From positions 160,001 to 224,000 of the forward strand of contig CAVRAY010000002.1 in the NCBI GenBank assembly GCA_963719225.1: a DNA stretch of 64,000 nt, in the 5' to 3' direction. Made by a program: the position numbers and the translations under genes. The notes under the pieces were generated by a model. The model ran no database searches. It was not told the DNA's origin and worked only from the letters and a program-made list of their open reading frames with translations. The stretch is from Thermoanaerobaculia bacterium. GTDB taxonomy: Bacteria; Acidobacteriota; Thermoanaerobaculia; UBA5066. Position 1 is the first letter of the stretch. Each line of letters opens with the position of its first letter. Shown one piece after another: positions 1 through 10,433 of this stretch.

Positions 1-618
1 CAGGACCGCTGGGGCGCAGTTTCGGGAGCCATCCATTACCTCGCGTCGAAGGGATTCCTCGTGTGGACGATGGACAACCGGGGGTCGTGGGGCCGCGGGC
101 ACGCGTTCGAGACGCCGCTGCTCGGAAACATGGGCGCGCAGGAGCTGAAGGACCAGCTCGAGGGCGTCGCCGTTCTCGAAAGAAAGCCGTTCGTCGACGC
201 GGCGCGCCTGGGAATCTGGGGCTGGTCGTACGGCGGCTACCTGACGCTGTACGCCGTCACGCACACGAACGGGACGTTCAAGTGCGCGGTCGCCGGCGCG
301 CCCGTGACGGACTGGAAGCTCTACGACTCGATCTACACCGAGCGCTACATGAGGCGCCCGAAGGACAATCCCGAAGGCTACAAGACCTCCTCGCCGCTCG
401 AAGCCGCGAAGAATCTCTCGACGAAGCTTCTCGTCATCCACGGGACCGCGGACAACAACGTCCACATGCAGAATTCCATCGTCTTTCTGGACGAGCTCAT
501 GAAGGCGCGCAAGGACTTCGTCTTCGTGCCCTTGCCGCGCCAGCAGCACGGCCCGCGGCGCGAGGCTCTTCTCTACAGCAACCAGCGCCTCGTCGAGTGG
601 TTCGAGAAGAACCTATGA
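1..618 (+). CDS. S9 family peptidase (dipeptidyl peptidase IV-like), C-terminal part; 5' end outside the window
   Basis: GWSYGG nucleophile motif, YDSIYTERYM, HGTADNNVH; frame open from base 1. Confidence 0.9.
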   Translation, partial: QDRWGAVSGAIHYLASKGFLVWTMDNRGSWGRGHAFETPLLGNMGAQELKDQLEGVAVLERKPFVDAARLGIWGWSYGGYLTLYAVTHTNGTFKCAVAGAPVTDWKLYDSIYTERYMRRPKDNPEGYKTSSPLEAAKNLSTKLLVIHGTADNNVHMQNSIVFLDELMKARKDFVFVPLPRQQHGPRREALLYSNQRLVEWFEKNL

Positions 619-637
619 GAAAGTGACGTGCCGGTTG

Positions 638-679
638 TTGACGCCTGACGGGTATGACCATAAACTCATGACCATGAGT
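638..679 (+). promoter_or_regulatory. sigma70 promoter with overlapping operator palindrome for the toxin-antitoxin operon
   Basis: TTGACG(638)-17 nt-TAAACT(661); inverted repeat ACTCAT-GACC-ATGAGT at 664-679. Confidence 0.6.
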
Positions 680-904
680 GAAGTGACGCGCCAGATCCCA
701 GCCGGAATCTTCAAGGCCAAATGCCTCGCACTCCTGGACGAGGTCGCGGAAACAGGCCGTAGCGTCGTCGTCACGAAGCGCGGACGGCCGGTTGCCCGCG
801 TCTCGCCAGTCAAGGCCTCGCCACCCCGCCCCCTCCTGGGCAGCGTTCTCAAGGAGCGCGATCTCCTGACTCCGATCAAGGAGCGCTGGAAAGCCGACCG
901 GTGA
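674..904 (+). CDS. Phd/YefM family antitoxin
   Basis: FKAKCLALLDEVAETGRSVVVTKRGRPVARV; overlaps the PIN toxin start; start at 668 or 674. Confidence 0.9.
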   Translation: MSEVTRQIPAGIFKAKCLALLDEVAETGRSVVVTKRGRPVARVSPVKASPPRPLLGSVLKERDLLTPIKERWKADR

Positions 905-1287
905 TCGTCCTCGACACCCATGCCTGGATCTGGTGGATCGCCTCGCCGCGAAAACTCTCCGCACCCGCGCGCCGTGCCATCGAAGAGGCGAAGGAGCTCG
1001 TGGTCAGCGCCATATCCCTTTGGGAGGTCGCGATGCTGGTCGCGAAATCGCGCCTCGTGCTCGACCGCGACGTCGGCCTCTGGATGAGGCAGGCTCTCGC
1101 GGCGCCCCGGATCCAACTCGTGCCACTTTCCCCGGAGATCGCCGTTCGTTCAACGGCTCTCGGCCGCGACTTCCAGGGTGATCCCGCCGATCGGCTCATC
1201 GTCGCGACGGCGCTCGAGCTCGACGCAGCTCTTATCACGAAGGATGATCGGATTCGTTCCTGGAAGAGGATCGTGACGATCTGGTGA
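901..1287 (+). CDS. vapC: VapC family PIN-domain toxin
   Basis: IVLDTHAWIW, SAISLWE, DPADRLIVATA. Confidence 0.9.
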   Translation: MIVLDTHAWIWWIASPRKLSAPARRAIEEAKELVVSAISLWEVAMLVAKSRLVLDRDVGLWMRQALAAPRIQLVPLSPEIAVRSTALGRDFQGDPADRLIVATALELDAALITKDDRIRSWKRIVTIW

Positions 1288-2090
1288 CGACGAGGCCGAC
1301 CCTGAGCGGCTCTCCTCCCACGTCCTCGAACCAGCCTTCGAACTCGCGGACGAGATCGAGCTCGAGAAAGTACGTGCCGGCGGAGCCGGGAGCCGGACGT
1401 CCATGTCGATCCACTCCCCGGGCCGGACCCTTCCGGAGAGCGCGCCGCGGTATCTCCGGTAATCCCATTCCAGGACGTTCTCGGCTTCGTCCAGGAGGTG
1501 AACGCCCAGGAGCACCGCGCCGCGCTCTTCCTCCCGGCCCGCGGAGGCTTCCCACGCCGCCGTGCCCACGTTCCAGACACGAATCGCGAGAAGAACCTCG
1601 CCCGCTTCGGAAACCGATACGACGCTCTCCCGGGCGACGAACCGCGCCCGATAGCTTCCGGCGCGGGCATCGTGGGACGCGTCCCCGGCCTGCGTGCACA
1701 CGAAGAGATTTCTTTCGACGGAGATCGGGACGTGCCGGACGTCGCTGAATCCGACCGAAGAGAGGAGCGCCGCGAGACTTGCCGCCGAAGGCAGGAACCA
1801 GTTGTAGACCGCCTCGGCCGCATCGGGCTCGTTCTCGATGTAGAAGGCCGGAACGAGCCTCCGCACGAGCCCGCCGACGGAACGCGTCTGGGCGCTGCCC
1901 GTCCACTCCTCCACGCCCGCGATCCCGAAGCAGACCCCGAGCACCTTCGGCAGCGTCATACGGTCGGAGGGGACGAAAAAGTGCGCGAGAGCGAGGCCGA
2001 ACGCCGGGATCGTGGCCTGAAGCACGGCCGCGAGGCCGGACGACGTGCGCTGCTCGCCCCAGAAGACGAGGCCGTAGTTCACGGAGGACG
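1283..2090 (-). pseudogene. Chimeric remnant: EamA/DMT transporter fragment fused to the frameshifted C-terminus of an unrelated gene with an Ig-like (NBR1-type) domain
   Basis: NYGLVFWGEQ...LQATIPAFGLALAHFF (EamA-like, ~1912-2085), then VWNVGTAAW...LGVHLLDE...WD; frame switch near 1385 to GTYFLELDLVREFEGWF. Confidence 0.55.
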
Positions 2091-2187
2091 CACCAGACGA
2101 CGACGGCGAGCGGCACGCTCCGAGGTTAGGGCAGAGAGCGCGATGCGCCCGCCCCGGATCGACCAAGGGGGTCCGGACCGATTCGGC

Positions 2188-3867
2188 TCAGTCGGCCGGG
2201 AAGCTCGCGATCGCGGACCCCGAAGCCCCCGTCTTCAGCTCCTCGACGAAGACCGAGTAGTTCTTCGCGGCGGTCGGCCAATCGATCGGCGCCGTGTAGA
2301 TCCACACGTCCCCGTGAAGCGTCGATTTTTCGAGCGGCTTCTGGTCGTGATGGACGAACGGAACCGTCTTCGGCTCCCACACGGCGACCGTGACGCGCAT
2401 CTCGCCCGAGCCGATCTTCTCGAGAACGTGCGGCAGATCCCCGAGCTTCACGCGCACTTCCAGGCGCCCCGAGCGCCTCTTTTTGCTCTTCTTCGAGTCG
2501 GCCGTGTCGATCTTCAAGGCGATCGGCAGGTCTCCCCCGGAGCCCCGGGCGAGAAGCGCGTCGAGCGCCCGTGTGCCCGCGACCTCAGCGGGCGTACCGG
2601 CCGACACGACGCGCGCGGTCCGCACGACGACGTCCTTCGACCGCGACCTGACCTTCAGGCGGTGCACCTTGCCGTCCGGCGGCCGGTCGACCTGGTACGT
2701 GAAGACCCAAAGGTCCGAGAGGCGGTCCAGGGCGCTCTCGATCTTGCCGACGTTCGAGATGACCTCGCCGCCGGTCACGTCCGCATACGTTTCCATCGGA
2801 TCCATCGGATGCTCGAGGGCGACCCGCCCGATGACCATCTGGCCAGGCCTCGTGTACCGCGTCCCGGGCGTGTAGCCGCCCACGGTGTCGGCGCTGCTCA
2901 TGCTCTGGGCGGAGGCCGAGGTGTAGCCCCGGAGGGAGAACGGCATCACGATCCAGCCCCGCGCCGCGAGGAGCGCCGAGATCGTGTCGACCATCGGCGA
3001 CGTGGACGTGGGCAGGAGCTGGCCGAGGAACGCCGAGGGGGTGATCTCCACGAATCCTCCCGGGCCGACCGCGGCTGTTTCGCGCGCGAAGTCCTCGCGC
3101 TGGCTCTCGCCGTAGAAATCCGCCGCCAGGTCGAAGCCGTCGCTCACGAGATAGAGGACGCCGGGCGCGCCCTGGCGCGTGTTCGCCCAGCCGGCGAGGC
3201 GGCCGAGCGTCGTCCTCAGGAGGAGCTTCTCCTCGTCCATCAAGAGCGCATTCCCGAAATTCGGCGTGCCCCCCGCTCCCTGAGCGGCCTGGGTTCTCAG
3301 GCGGACGACCATGTCGCGGCCGACGACGCCGACGGAGAGCCGCTCGAGCGCGTCCTGAGCCGTGGGGATGTCGTCCGTCGCGGCGAGAAAGACCTTGGGC
3401 TGGGGATCGGCGACGACGATCTCCACGGGTCCGAGCTTCAGGAACCGGTCGATACGTCCCTTCAGGCTGCGCACCGTGACGAGCACCGAATCGCGCTTGA
3501 GAAAGGCCGTGTCGAAGTAGAAGACCTGCGGCAGGCGCTTGAGCGGCGTTGCCGCGGGCTGCGCCGGCGCCGCCGCCGCGCGCGCCGCCTCTTCGAGCTT
3601 CTCCGGCGGCGGAACGTGCCTCGCTCCGGCGTGGTCGAAGACCGGATCGATTCCGAGGAGCGTCGTGGCGAGACCGTCCTCGAAGACCTCGAAGTCCGAG
3701 GGGACGGGCTGGACGCGGAGCGCCTTCCCCGACTTGTCCGTGAGGACCACCTTCACGGTCCGGACGAGAACGCTCTCCTTCGCGGTCACGCGCGGAGCGG
3801 GAGTCTCCTGGGCGGCGGCCGTCGCGGCCAGGAGAACGAGAGCAAATGCGGATCCAACGGGCCTCAT
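2188..3867 (-). CDS. Secreted VWA-related (VWFA acidobacterial type) protein
   Basis: Signal peptide, VVLTDKSGK...DFEVFEDG, LYLVSDG, TGGEV, YQVDRPPDGKVHRLKVR. Confidence 0.75.
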   Translation of the reverse strand: MRPVGSAFALVLLAATAAAQETPAPRVTAKESVLVRTVKVVLTDKSGKALRVQPVPSDFEVFEDGLATTLLGIDPVFDHAGARHVPPPEKLEEAARAAAAPAQPAATPLKRLPQVFYFDTAFLKRDSVLVTVRSLKGRIDRFLKLGPVEIVVADPQPKVFLAATDDIPTAQDALERLSVGVVGRDMVVRLRTQAAQGAGGTPNFGNALLMDEEKLLLRTTLGRLAGWANTRQGAPGVLYLVSDGFDLAADFYGESQREDFARETAAVGPGGFVEITPSAFLGQLLPTSTSPMVDTISALLAARGWIVMPFSLRGYTSASAQSMSSADTVGGYTPGTRYTRPGQMVIGRVALEHPMDPMETYADVTGGEVISNVGKIESALDRLSDLWVFTYQVDRPPDGKVHRLKVRSRSKDVVVRTARVVSAGTPAEVAGTRALDALLARGSGGDLPIALKIDTADSKKSKKRRSGRLEVRVKLGDLPHVLEKIGSGEMRVTVAVWEPKTVPFVHHDQKPLEKSTLHGDVWIYTAPIDWPTAAKNYSVFVEELKTGASGSAIASFPAD

Positions 3868-3946
3868 CGGCCACCTCCAGGGGACGTTTCCTCCCCACCT
3901 CTGCAAGCGCGCTGCCGCGCGGGCGCGGAGAGCGCGGAGATCCGGG

Positions 3947-4387
3947 TCAGACGGGCTTCGGCGTCACGGTGAGCGCGAGCGACGCTTTCACCGCCTTGGA
4001 GACGATGCAGTACTTCTCGGCGAGCGAGAGAGTTTTCTCGACGTCCGCCCGCCGCGATTCCCAGAGCGCCGCCGGCACGTGCGCAGCAAGGTCGATCTTC
4101 GTGACGCGGAAGCCCCCCGCCGGGTCCTTGTCGAGCTCGCACGAGCCGTCGAGGGCCGGTTTCTCGATCGGGACCTGGAGCTTCGCGAGAAAAATCGCCC
4201 ACGTCTGGATGAAGCACGCCGAGACGGCCGCGAGGAGCAGCTCCTCGGGATTCGGCGCCCCGTTCTCTCCGCCGAGGGACCTGGCGCCGGCGTGCGCGAT
4301 GTTCAGGCTGCTGTCTTCAGTCGCAAGCGTCCCCCGCTTCCCGGAAGGATCCCAGGTTGCGGCGATCGTGAAAACCTGTTCGGACAT
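3947..4387 (-). CDS. OsmC/Ohr family protein
   Basis: NPEELLLAAVSACF and AEKYCIVSKA cysteines. Confidence 0.9.
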   Translation of the reverse strand: MSEQVFTIAATWDPSGKRGTLATEDSSLNIAHAGARSLGGENGAPNPEELLLAAVSACFIQTWAIFLAKLQVPIEKPALDGSCELDKDPAGGFRVTKIDLAAHVPAALWESRRADVEKTLSLAEKYCIVSKAVKASLALTVTPKPV

Positions 4388-4405
4388 GAAGTGCTCTCTT
4401 TCTTC

Positions 4406-5785
4406 TCAGCTCCGGATCACGAGGAGCCGGGGCTCCGTGTACTCCTCCATCGCGTAGGCCGGTCCTTCGCGCCCGGAGCCCGATTCCTTCACGCCGCCGT
4501 ACGGCATGCGGTCCGCGCGCCAGGTCGGGACGTCGTTCGCGAGGACCGCCCCCACCTCGAGGACGTCGAAAGCGCGCTGGATGCGCGCGAGGTCCCGCGT
4601 GAAGACGCCCGCCTGCAGCCCGTACCTCGAGTCGTTCACGCGCCGGAGCGCCTCCTCGAAGTCGTCGTACGCGTTGAGCGTGACGACGGGGGCAAAGACC
4701 TCCTGCGCCTCGACCTTCATCGAGGGCGTCGTGTTCGCGAGGATCACGGGCGAGAGACAGTCTCCGACGCGCGTCCCTCCACGGAGCGACGTGGCGCCGG
4801 CCGCCACGGCCTCGGCGATCCAGGCCTCGACGCGCGCGGCCTCCGAGGGCGCGATCATGGGACCGACGTCCGTCCTTTCGTCGAGAGGGTCGCCCACGAC
4901 GAGCGACGCCGTCGCGGCGAGCAGCTTCTCGCGGAAGGCCTCGAGAGCGGGCCGGTGGACGAGCGCGCGCTGGACCGAGATACAGGACTGGCCCGCGTAC
5001 GAGAACGCGCCCGACGCCGTGCGCCGCGCCGCGTCGTCGAGGTCCGCGTCCGAATGGACGACGACGGCGGCGTTTCCGCCCAGCTCGAGGGCGACGCGTT
5101 TTTTCGGCACGAGGGATTTCAGGCGCCAGCCGACGGCGCCCGAGCCCGTGAAGGAGACGACGGGGAGGCGTGGATCCAGAACGAGCGATTCGGCCGCGGC
5201 GCCCGAGATCGGGAGGATGGCGTACGCGTCCTTGGGCCAGCCGGCTTCGAGCACGATCTCCCGCAGGTGGAGCGCCGAGAGCGGCGTCTTGGAGGCGGGC
5301 TTCTGGACGACCGGAGCGCCTACGGCGATCGCCGGCGCGACTTTGTGCGACGTGAGGTTCAGCGGGAAGTTGAAGGGAGTGATGGCGAGGACGGGTCCCA
5401 GCGGCACGCGCTTCACGACCCCCCAGCGGCCGAGAGAAGCCGCGTTCACGTCGAGCGGCAGCATCTCCCCTTTTTGGGCCTCGAGCGCCGCGGCCGTCGC
5501 CGAGAACGTCGCGACCGCGCGTTCGGCTTCGGTCCGCGCGGCTTTCATCGGCTTGCCGGCCTCGGCCGCGATCGTCCGCGCCAGCTCGTCCCGGCGCCGC
5601 TCGAGCTCGGACGCGACCTTTCTCAGGATCGCGACGCGCGTGAAGGTCGGAATCACGCGGGTCTTCTCGAAGACCGAGACGGAGGCGCGGACGGCGGCTT
5701 CGATGTCTCCGGCGGAGGGCGACGGGATCCGCGCGAGCTCCGCCCCGCCGAACGGGGAAGTGACGACGAGCTCTTCGACGGTCAT
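4406..5785 (-). CDS. Aldehyde dehydrogenase family protein
   Basis: ITPFNFPLN, FTGS, LELGG, GQSCIS, EVFAP, PYGGVKESG. Confidence 0.95.
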   Translation of the reverse strand: MTVEELVVTSPFGGAELARIPSPSAGDIEAAVRASVSVFEKTRVIPTFTRVAILRKVASELERRRDELARTIAAEAGKPMKAARTEAERAVATFSATAAALEAQKGEMLPLDVNAASLGRWGVVKRVPLGPVLAITPFNFPLNLTSHKVAPAIAVGAPVVQKPASKTPLSALHLREIVLEAGWPKDAYAILPISGAAAESLVLDPRLPVVSFTGSGAVGWRLKSLVPKKRVALELGGNAAVVVHSDADLDDAARRTASGAFSYAGQSCISVQRALVHRPALEAFREKLLAATASLVVGDPLDERTDVGPMIAPSEAARVEAWIAEAVAAGATSLRGGTRVGDCLSPVILANTTPSMKVEAQEVFAPVVTLNAYDDFEEALRRVNDSRYGLQAGVFTRDLARIQRAFDVLEVGAVLANDVPTWRADRMPYGGVKESGSGREGPAYAMEEYTEPRLLVIRS

Positions 5786-7131
5786 TCCTTTTCCTCCTTG
5801 AGAGCGTCCGGATTCCAGCCCTTTGGAGCCGTCCACGCCCGCGCCGAGAAGAGCGCGGAGAGGGCGCGCCCGACCAGCGGGCTTCTCGTCCGGGCCCAGA
5901 AAGCGTCCACGACGCGCGCCACCTCGGCCGGAGCGGAGGCCGGCGCCGCGAGACGCGCGAGCGAGAGCAGTCCGGCGGGCGCTTCGCTTCTGACTCTCTC
6001 CCAGGGCTCCCCGAGCGCGGCTTCCTCCGCGGGCGAAAGCGGCGTCACGCCGGAGAGGGAAAGCCGTCCGGAGACGACGGCGAAGAGGAGCGGCAGGTCG
6101 CGAAGGACGGGAACGGCCGTCTCGAACTTGAACGTCGTGAACGGCGCGCGGGAACCGTCCCGCGCGTTTCCGAGAAGCGTGACGGGACGCGTCGCATGGC
6201 CCGCGTTCGCGATGGCGCTCCAGACGGCGGCCACGGGCCAGAGCGGAAGGGAGAGGGCGAGAGCGACGAGCCCGAGTCCCCGGCTCGACGCCGAGGACGG
6301 CTTCTTCGGGGCGGAAGGCAGCCGATCCGTCAAGAAGCTCGTCGTGTCCGAAGCCGCATCCACGACGAGGTTGCCCGAGACGAGGACCCTCTCGAGGGCG
6401 ACGCCGGGCGGAATCGCCGTGCGCGGCAGGACGCTCACCGCCGAAAGCCGCGCGCCGGAAAGGACGACGGCTTCCTCGGCCACCGTGGTTCCTTCGAGGA
6501 GCGCCGCGGACCCCTCGACGGTCGCGCGTTCCGAGATCGCGGGAGCGGCGCCCGCGGCCGTGCGGTCGGCCTTGTCGTACGACGCGGCGTCGGCGAGAAG
6601 GATCGGCCCCTCCGAGAGCGCGAGAGCCGCGAAATCAGGATCCTTCACCCACTCCGCCGAGCCAGGCTCTCTCGGAAAATCCTTTTTCTTGAGCGCTCCG
6701 GGCAGGAGCCGCCAGAGTCCCGCGGGGCGGCCGCCGAGGAGCCCCGCGACCACGGGGCCGCGCACGTCGTCCACCCTGGCGAGGAACTCGCCGATGAGGG
6801 CGTGGGCACCGACGTCGCCGCGCACGACGACCGTCTCGCCGTCGAGCCGCGGCTCGAGACGCCGCAGCACGTCGCCGGGAGTCTCGTCGTCCTCGCGTCG
6901 CACGATCTCGAGCGCGATGCCCCACCGGATGCCCTTGCCGAAGCGGCGCTCGATCTCCCCCGCCCGCGGGCCGACGACGAGGAGAGCCGACCGCCGCCCG
7001 GCGCGGACGAGCGCCTCGAGCGCGTGCTCGAGCGCGGGGATCCCGCCGAGCGGCAGGAGCGCGGGGACGGTGCGCCCGCCGAGAGCGCCGAAAGAGGAGC
7101 CGTCGCGGTCGGCGAAGAGGACAGTCGTCAT
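5782..7131 (-). CDS. Degenerate NDP-sugar pyrophosphorylase-like domain fused to a bacterial sugar transferase-like domain
   Basis: PALLPLGGIPALEHALEAL, a short LbH-like stretch, and LRDLPLLFAVVSGRLSLSG resembling LDELPQLxNVLxGxMSLVG. Confidence 0.6.
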   Translation of the reverse strand: MTTVLFADRDGSSFGALGGRTVPALLPLGGIPALEHALEALVRAGRRSALLVVGPRAGEIERRFGKGIRWGIALEIVRREDDETPGDVLRRLEPRLDGETVVVRGDVGAHALIGEFLARVDDVRGPVVAGLLGGRPAGLWRLLPGALKKKDFPREPGSAEWVKDPDFAALALSEGPILLADAASYDKADRTAAGAAPAISERATVEGSAALLEGTTVAEEAVVLSGARLSAVSVLPRTAIPPGVALERVLVSGNLVVDAASDTTSFLTDRLPSAPKKPSSASSRGLGLVALALSLPLWPVAAVWSAIANAGHATRPVTLLGNARDGSRAPFTTFKFETAVPVLRDLPLLFAVVSGRLSLSGVTPLSPAEEAALGEPWERVRSEAPAGLLSLARLAAPASAPAEVARVVDAFWARTRSPLVGRALSALFSARAWTAPKGWNPDALKEEKE

Positions 7132-7141
7132 CGGGAGGGGA

Positions 7142-8671
7142 TTATGGGACGAAGACGGCGAGGCCGGTGACGCGGCCGGCGCGGGCGTTCACGTCGGCCG
7201 TGATCTCGCGCGTGTGCTCCTTGAGCCACGCTCTGACGTCGGGAGGAGGAACGCTCTCGTTCGTCCGGTAGGCCCAGCAGCGCACGCGGCCGGCGCGCGC
7301 CTCGTCCTCGATCGCGGAGACCGAAGTCACGCCGTCCCAGGAGAGGCCCGTCTTGAAGAGGCGAAACTCCAGCCCTTCGGGCTCGGCCGCCCGAAACGAC
7401 GGAACCGCGGGCGGCAGGGGCGCCAGAGCGGGAGCGATCTGATCCGCGAGCTCGCGCGCACCCGTCCTGTGCGTGAGGAGATCATGACGAATCTGGCGCG
7501 CGGCCTCGATCCCTCCCCATGCGAGGAGGGCGACGAGGACGCCCCTCGTGAGGCGGCCCGCGAAAGGCGAGGTCCTGTTCTTCACCGCGAGCAACAGCCA
7601 CGTCCCTCCCAGCCCCGTGAACGCGGCGAGGGCCGGCATCACGGGGATCGACGAGAGCCGGTACCGACCCGCCACCGCGACGAGGATGAGGAGCTCCACG
7701 ACGTAGGCTCCCCAGAGGACGCCGTGCGCGAGACGGCGATCGCCTCCCGTCGCTCCCGACGCGATCTCCGACTCCCCCACGGGACGCCCGAGGAAGACGA
7801 CCCCGAGGACCGCCAGCGGCAGGAAGAAGAAGAGCGACCGCACGAGCGTGAGGACGTCGACGCCGAATGCCGTCGGGAGCACCGCCGCGCGCGACGCGGC
7901 CTCGGACGCGCCGAACGCGGTCGCGAGCTCGAAACCGAAGGACGCGCGCCGGAAGAGAAATACGGCCAGGAGATGCGAGAAACCCACGAGTACGAAGGCG
8001 GAGGCGAGGAACGCGAGCGCGCGCTTCGTCCGTCCCAGCCCGAACAGGCGGGGCCGCGCGCCGAGTGCGAGAAGGAGCGGGATGAGGTAGAGGCCGACGG
8101 CGTAGCCCTTCGCGAGGAAGCCGAGGCCGAAGAAGGCGCCCGCGATCGCGCCCTCGAAGGGGATGTCCTCCTCGAAGGCCCTGAGGCCGAAGATGATGCC
8201 GGCGAGGCCGAGCATCACGAGCGTGGGCTCCACGGTCGCGGCTCGCGACGCGGCCACGAGCGGAGGAAACAGCGCCGCGAACGCGCCCGCGAGATGTCCG
8301 GCCGGCTGGCCCCAGCCGCGCCGGATCACGCGCTCGAGGAGGAGCGCGCCCAGAAGACCGAGGATCGCCGACGGCAGCCTCACCGTCCATTCCTCCGGCC
8401 CGAAGACGCGCAGCATCACGGAGAGGACCCACGGAAAGAGGATCGGCGTCCCTCCGGGTGGTCCCAGAGGAGTCTCCGAGAGACCGAGGAGCTGCCCCGT
8501 TCCGCCCACGACGAGGTTCTGCGCGCCGATGGCCCAGCGGCCCTCGTCGGCGCCGAAGAGGTCCGGCTGGCCGAGCAGCACGAGCCTCAGCAGGGCGCCG
8601 GCCGCGAGCGCGGCCGCGAAGAGGATCCGCCCGGACGCTTCCGGATCGTCTGAAGATGGCCCGGACGTCAC
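7142..8671 (-). CDS. ArnT/PMT-like (GT39/GT83) membrane glycosyltransferase
   Basis: N-terminal DE motif, VRLPSAILG, FLAKG, multiple transmembrane segments. Confidence 0.8.
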   Translation of the reverse strand: MTSGPSSDDPEASGRILFAAALAAGALLRLVLLGQPDLFGADEGRWAIGAQNLVVGGTGQLLGLSETPLGPPGGTPILFPWVLSVMLRVFGPEEWTVRLPSAILGLLGALLLERVIRRGWGQPAGHLAGAFAALFPPLVAASRAATVEPTLVMLGLAGIIFGLRAFEEDIPFEGAIAGAFFGLGFLAKGYAVGLYLIPLLLALGARPRLFGLGRTKRALAFLASAFVLVGFSHLLAVFLFRRASFGFELATAFGASEAASRAAVLPTAFGVDVLTLVRSLFFFLPLAVLGVVFLGRPVGESEIASGATGGDRRLAHGVLWGAYVVELLILVAVAGRYRLSSIPVMPALAAFTGLGGTWLLLAVKNRTSPFAGRLTRGVLVALLAWGGIEAARQIRHDLLTHRTGARELADQIAPALAPLPPAVPSFRAAEPEGLEFRLFKTGLSWDGVTSVSAIEDEARAGRVRCWAYRTNESVPPPDVRAWLKEHTREITADVNARAGRVTGLAVFVP

Positions 8672-8729
8672 GGCCGGGGAGTATACGGAGGCGCCGGGCA
8701 CGAGGTCTCGGGTTCATACTGAGGAGACG

Positions 8730-9590
8730 ATGACGGCCCCGGAAGAGCCTCGCCTCAGCGTCACGCTCATCGCCCGCGACGAGGAAGACCGCCTCCCGGA
8801 AGCTCTCGCCTCGGTGGCCTTCGCCCACGAGCGCATCGTCGTCGTGGACGCCGCGTCGACCGATCGCACCGAGAAGGTCGCCCGCCAGTCGGGCGCCCGC
8901 GTCCTCGTGCGGCCGTTCGACGGCTTCGGCCGGCAGAAGAACGCGGCGGCCGCGCTCGCGACGAACCGCTGGATCCTCTCGATCGACGCCGACGAGATCG
9001 TCACGCCGAAGCTCGCCCTCGAGATCCGCTCCGCTCTCGCCGCGGCCGCTTCGGATCCGTCTCCGCCCGCCGCCTACCGCGTGCCCATCCGGCTCGAGTT
9101 CCTCGGACGCGAGCTTCTCTTCGGGCGCGACACGGTCGTGAGGCCCGCCCGTCTCTACGACCGGATGCGGGCCCGATTCTCCGACGATCCGATTCACGAA
9201 AAGATCCTCGCCACGGGTCCGGTCGAATCGCTCGACGAGACCGTCCTTCACCGCTCCTACCGCGACCTCGCCCACTATCTCGAGAAGCTCGACCGTTACA
9301 CGACGCTGGCGGCCGAGGCGAAGTGGGCCGCCGGGAAGGGGGGCGGCGGCTTCCTGCCCGCGCGCGTCCTCTGGGAGTTCTTCGACCGTGCTTTCCTGCG
9401 TCTCGGCTTCCTCGACGGCTCGGCCGGGCTCACGTTCGCGGCCCTCTCGTCCACGAACACCCTGCTGAAATATCTCAAGCTGCGCGAGCTCGAGCGGGCC
9501 ATCGCGCTCGGCGAGCGCCTGCCTCCGGAGGACGCGCGGATCGAGGACACCGCGACGATCCGGATCCGCGCGCTCCTCAGGGCACGCTGA
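8730..9590 (+). CDS. GT2 glycosyltransferase (WaaE/KdtX-like)
   Basis: LSVTLIARDEE, VVDAASTDRT, GFGRQKN, WILSIDADE; GAGGAG ribosome binding site. Confidence 0.9.
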   Translation: MTAPEEPRLSVTLIARDEEDRLPEALASVAFAHERIVVVDAASTDRTEKVARQSGARVLVRPFDGFGRQKNAAAALATNRWILSIDADEIVTPKLALEIRSALAAAASDPSPPAAYRVPIRLEFLGRELLFGRDTVVRPARLYDRMRARFSDDPIHEKILATGPVESLDETVLHRSYRDLAHYLEKLDRYTTLAAEAKWAAGKGGGGFLPARVLWEFFDRAFLRLGFLDGSAGLTFAALSSTNTLLKYLKLRELERAIALGERLPPEDARIEDTATIRIRALLRAR

Positions 9591-9603
9591 CGGCGACAGC
9601 GGC

Positions 9604-10386
9604 GTGAGCGGCGCTCTCCTCGCGGCTGGCCTGGGCGCGGCGGGGCTGGGCTTCTCCCTCCGCTACACCTGGTGGCGAAAGAAGCGCCCGGGGACGCCGA
9701 TTCTGATGTACCACCAGGTCGGAAACCACCGCTCCGGCTCGCCGCTGAACAGGTGGCGCGTGACGGAAGAGGACTTCGCCTGGCAGCTCGACGCTCTCCT
9801 GCGCCGCAGCACCCGGGGGATCTCGCTCCGGGAGCTTCTCGAGGCGCCTTCCTCCGCCGGCCGGCGGGCCGTCCTCACGTTCGACGACGGCTACCGTGGG
9901 ATCGTGACGCGCGCGCTGCCCGCCCTCCTCGCGCGCGGATTCAAAGCGACGGTCTTCGTGGTCTCGGACAAGCTCGGCGGGACGAACGACTGGGACAGAG
10001 AGACCCAGGGAGAGGAGCTCCTCTCGGCGGACGAGATCCGCGAGCTTCACGCGAAAGGCCTCGAGATCGGCTCTCACGGCGCCACGCATCGTGCCCTCAC
10101 CCGGCTCTCCGACGGCGAGCTTTCCCGGGAGATCGAAGGGAGCCGCGAGACGCTCGAACGCCTCGTCGGCGCCCCGGTCACGTCCTTCTGCTATCCCTTC
10201 GGCGACTTCGACGACCGCGTCGTCGAGGCCGTGCGGAAGGCGGGATATCGCGCGGCCACCGTCATCCGCGGCGGCATTTCGATAGATCTGTCCGATCCCT
10301 TCCGGCTGAAACGCATCGCCGTGCGCGGCACGAACACGCGCCTCGACTTCACGCTCGCGCTCACGCGCGGGAGGTCGAGGCTGTAG
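9604..10386 (+). CDS. Polysaccharide deacetylase
   Basis: PILMYH, LTFDDGY, EIGSHG, FCYPFG. Confidence 0.9.
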   Translation: MSGALLAAGLGAAGLGFSLRYTWWRKKRPGTPILMYHQVGNHRSGSPLNRWRVTEEDFAWQLDALLRRSTRGISLRELLEAPSSAGRRAVLTFDDGYRGIVTRALPALLARGFKATVFVVSDKLGGTNDWDRETQGEELLSADEIRELHAKGLEIGSHGATHRALTRLSDGELSREIEGSRETLERLVGAPVTSFCYPFGDFDDRVVEAVRKAGYRAATVIRGGISIDLSDPFRLKRIAVRGTNTRLDFTLALTRGRSRL

Positions 10387-10433
10387 GCTGCGGCGAAGCC
10401 TCGCGCGTCATAGCATCCGCGCACTTTCGAGCC

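Noticed and set aside
3539-8653. 1704-aa ORF and other very long Arg/Ala/Pro-rich ORFs
   Set aside because: Antisense or off-frame shadows of real genes, typical of high-GC DNA.
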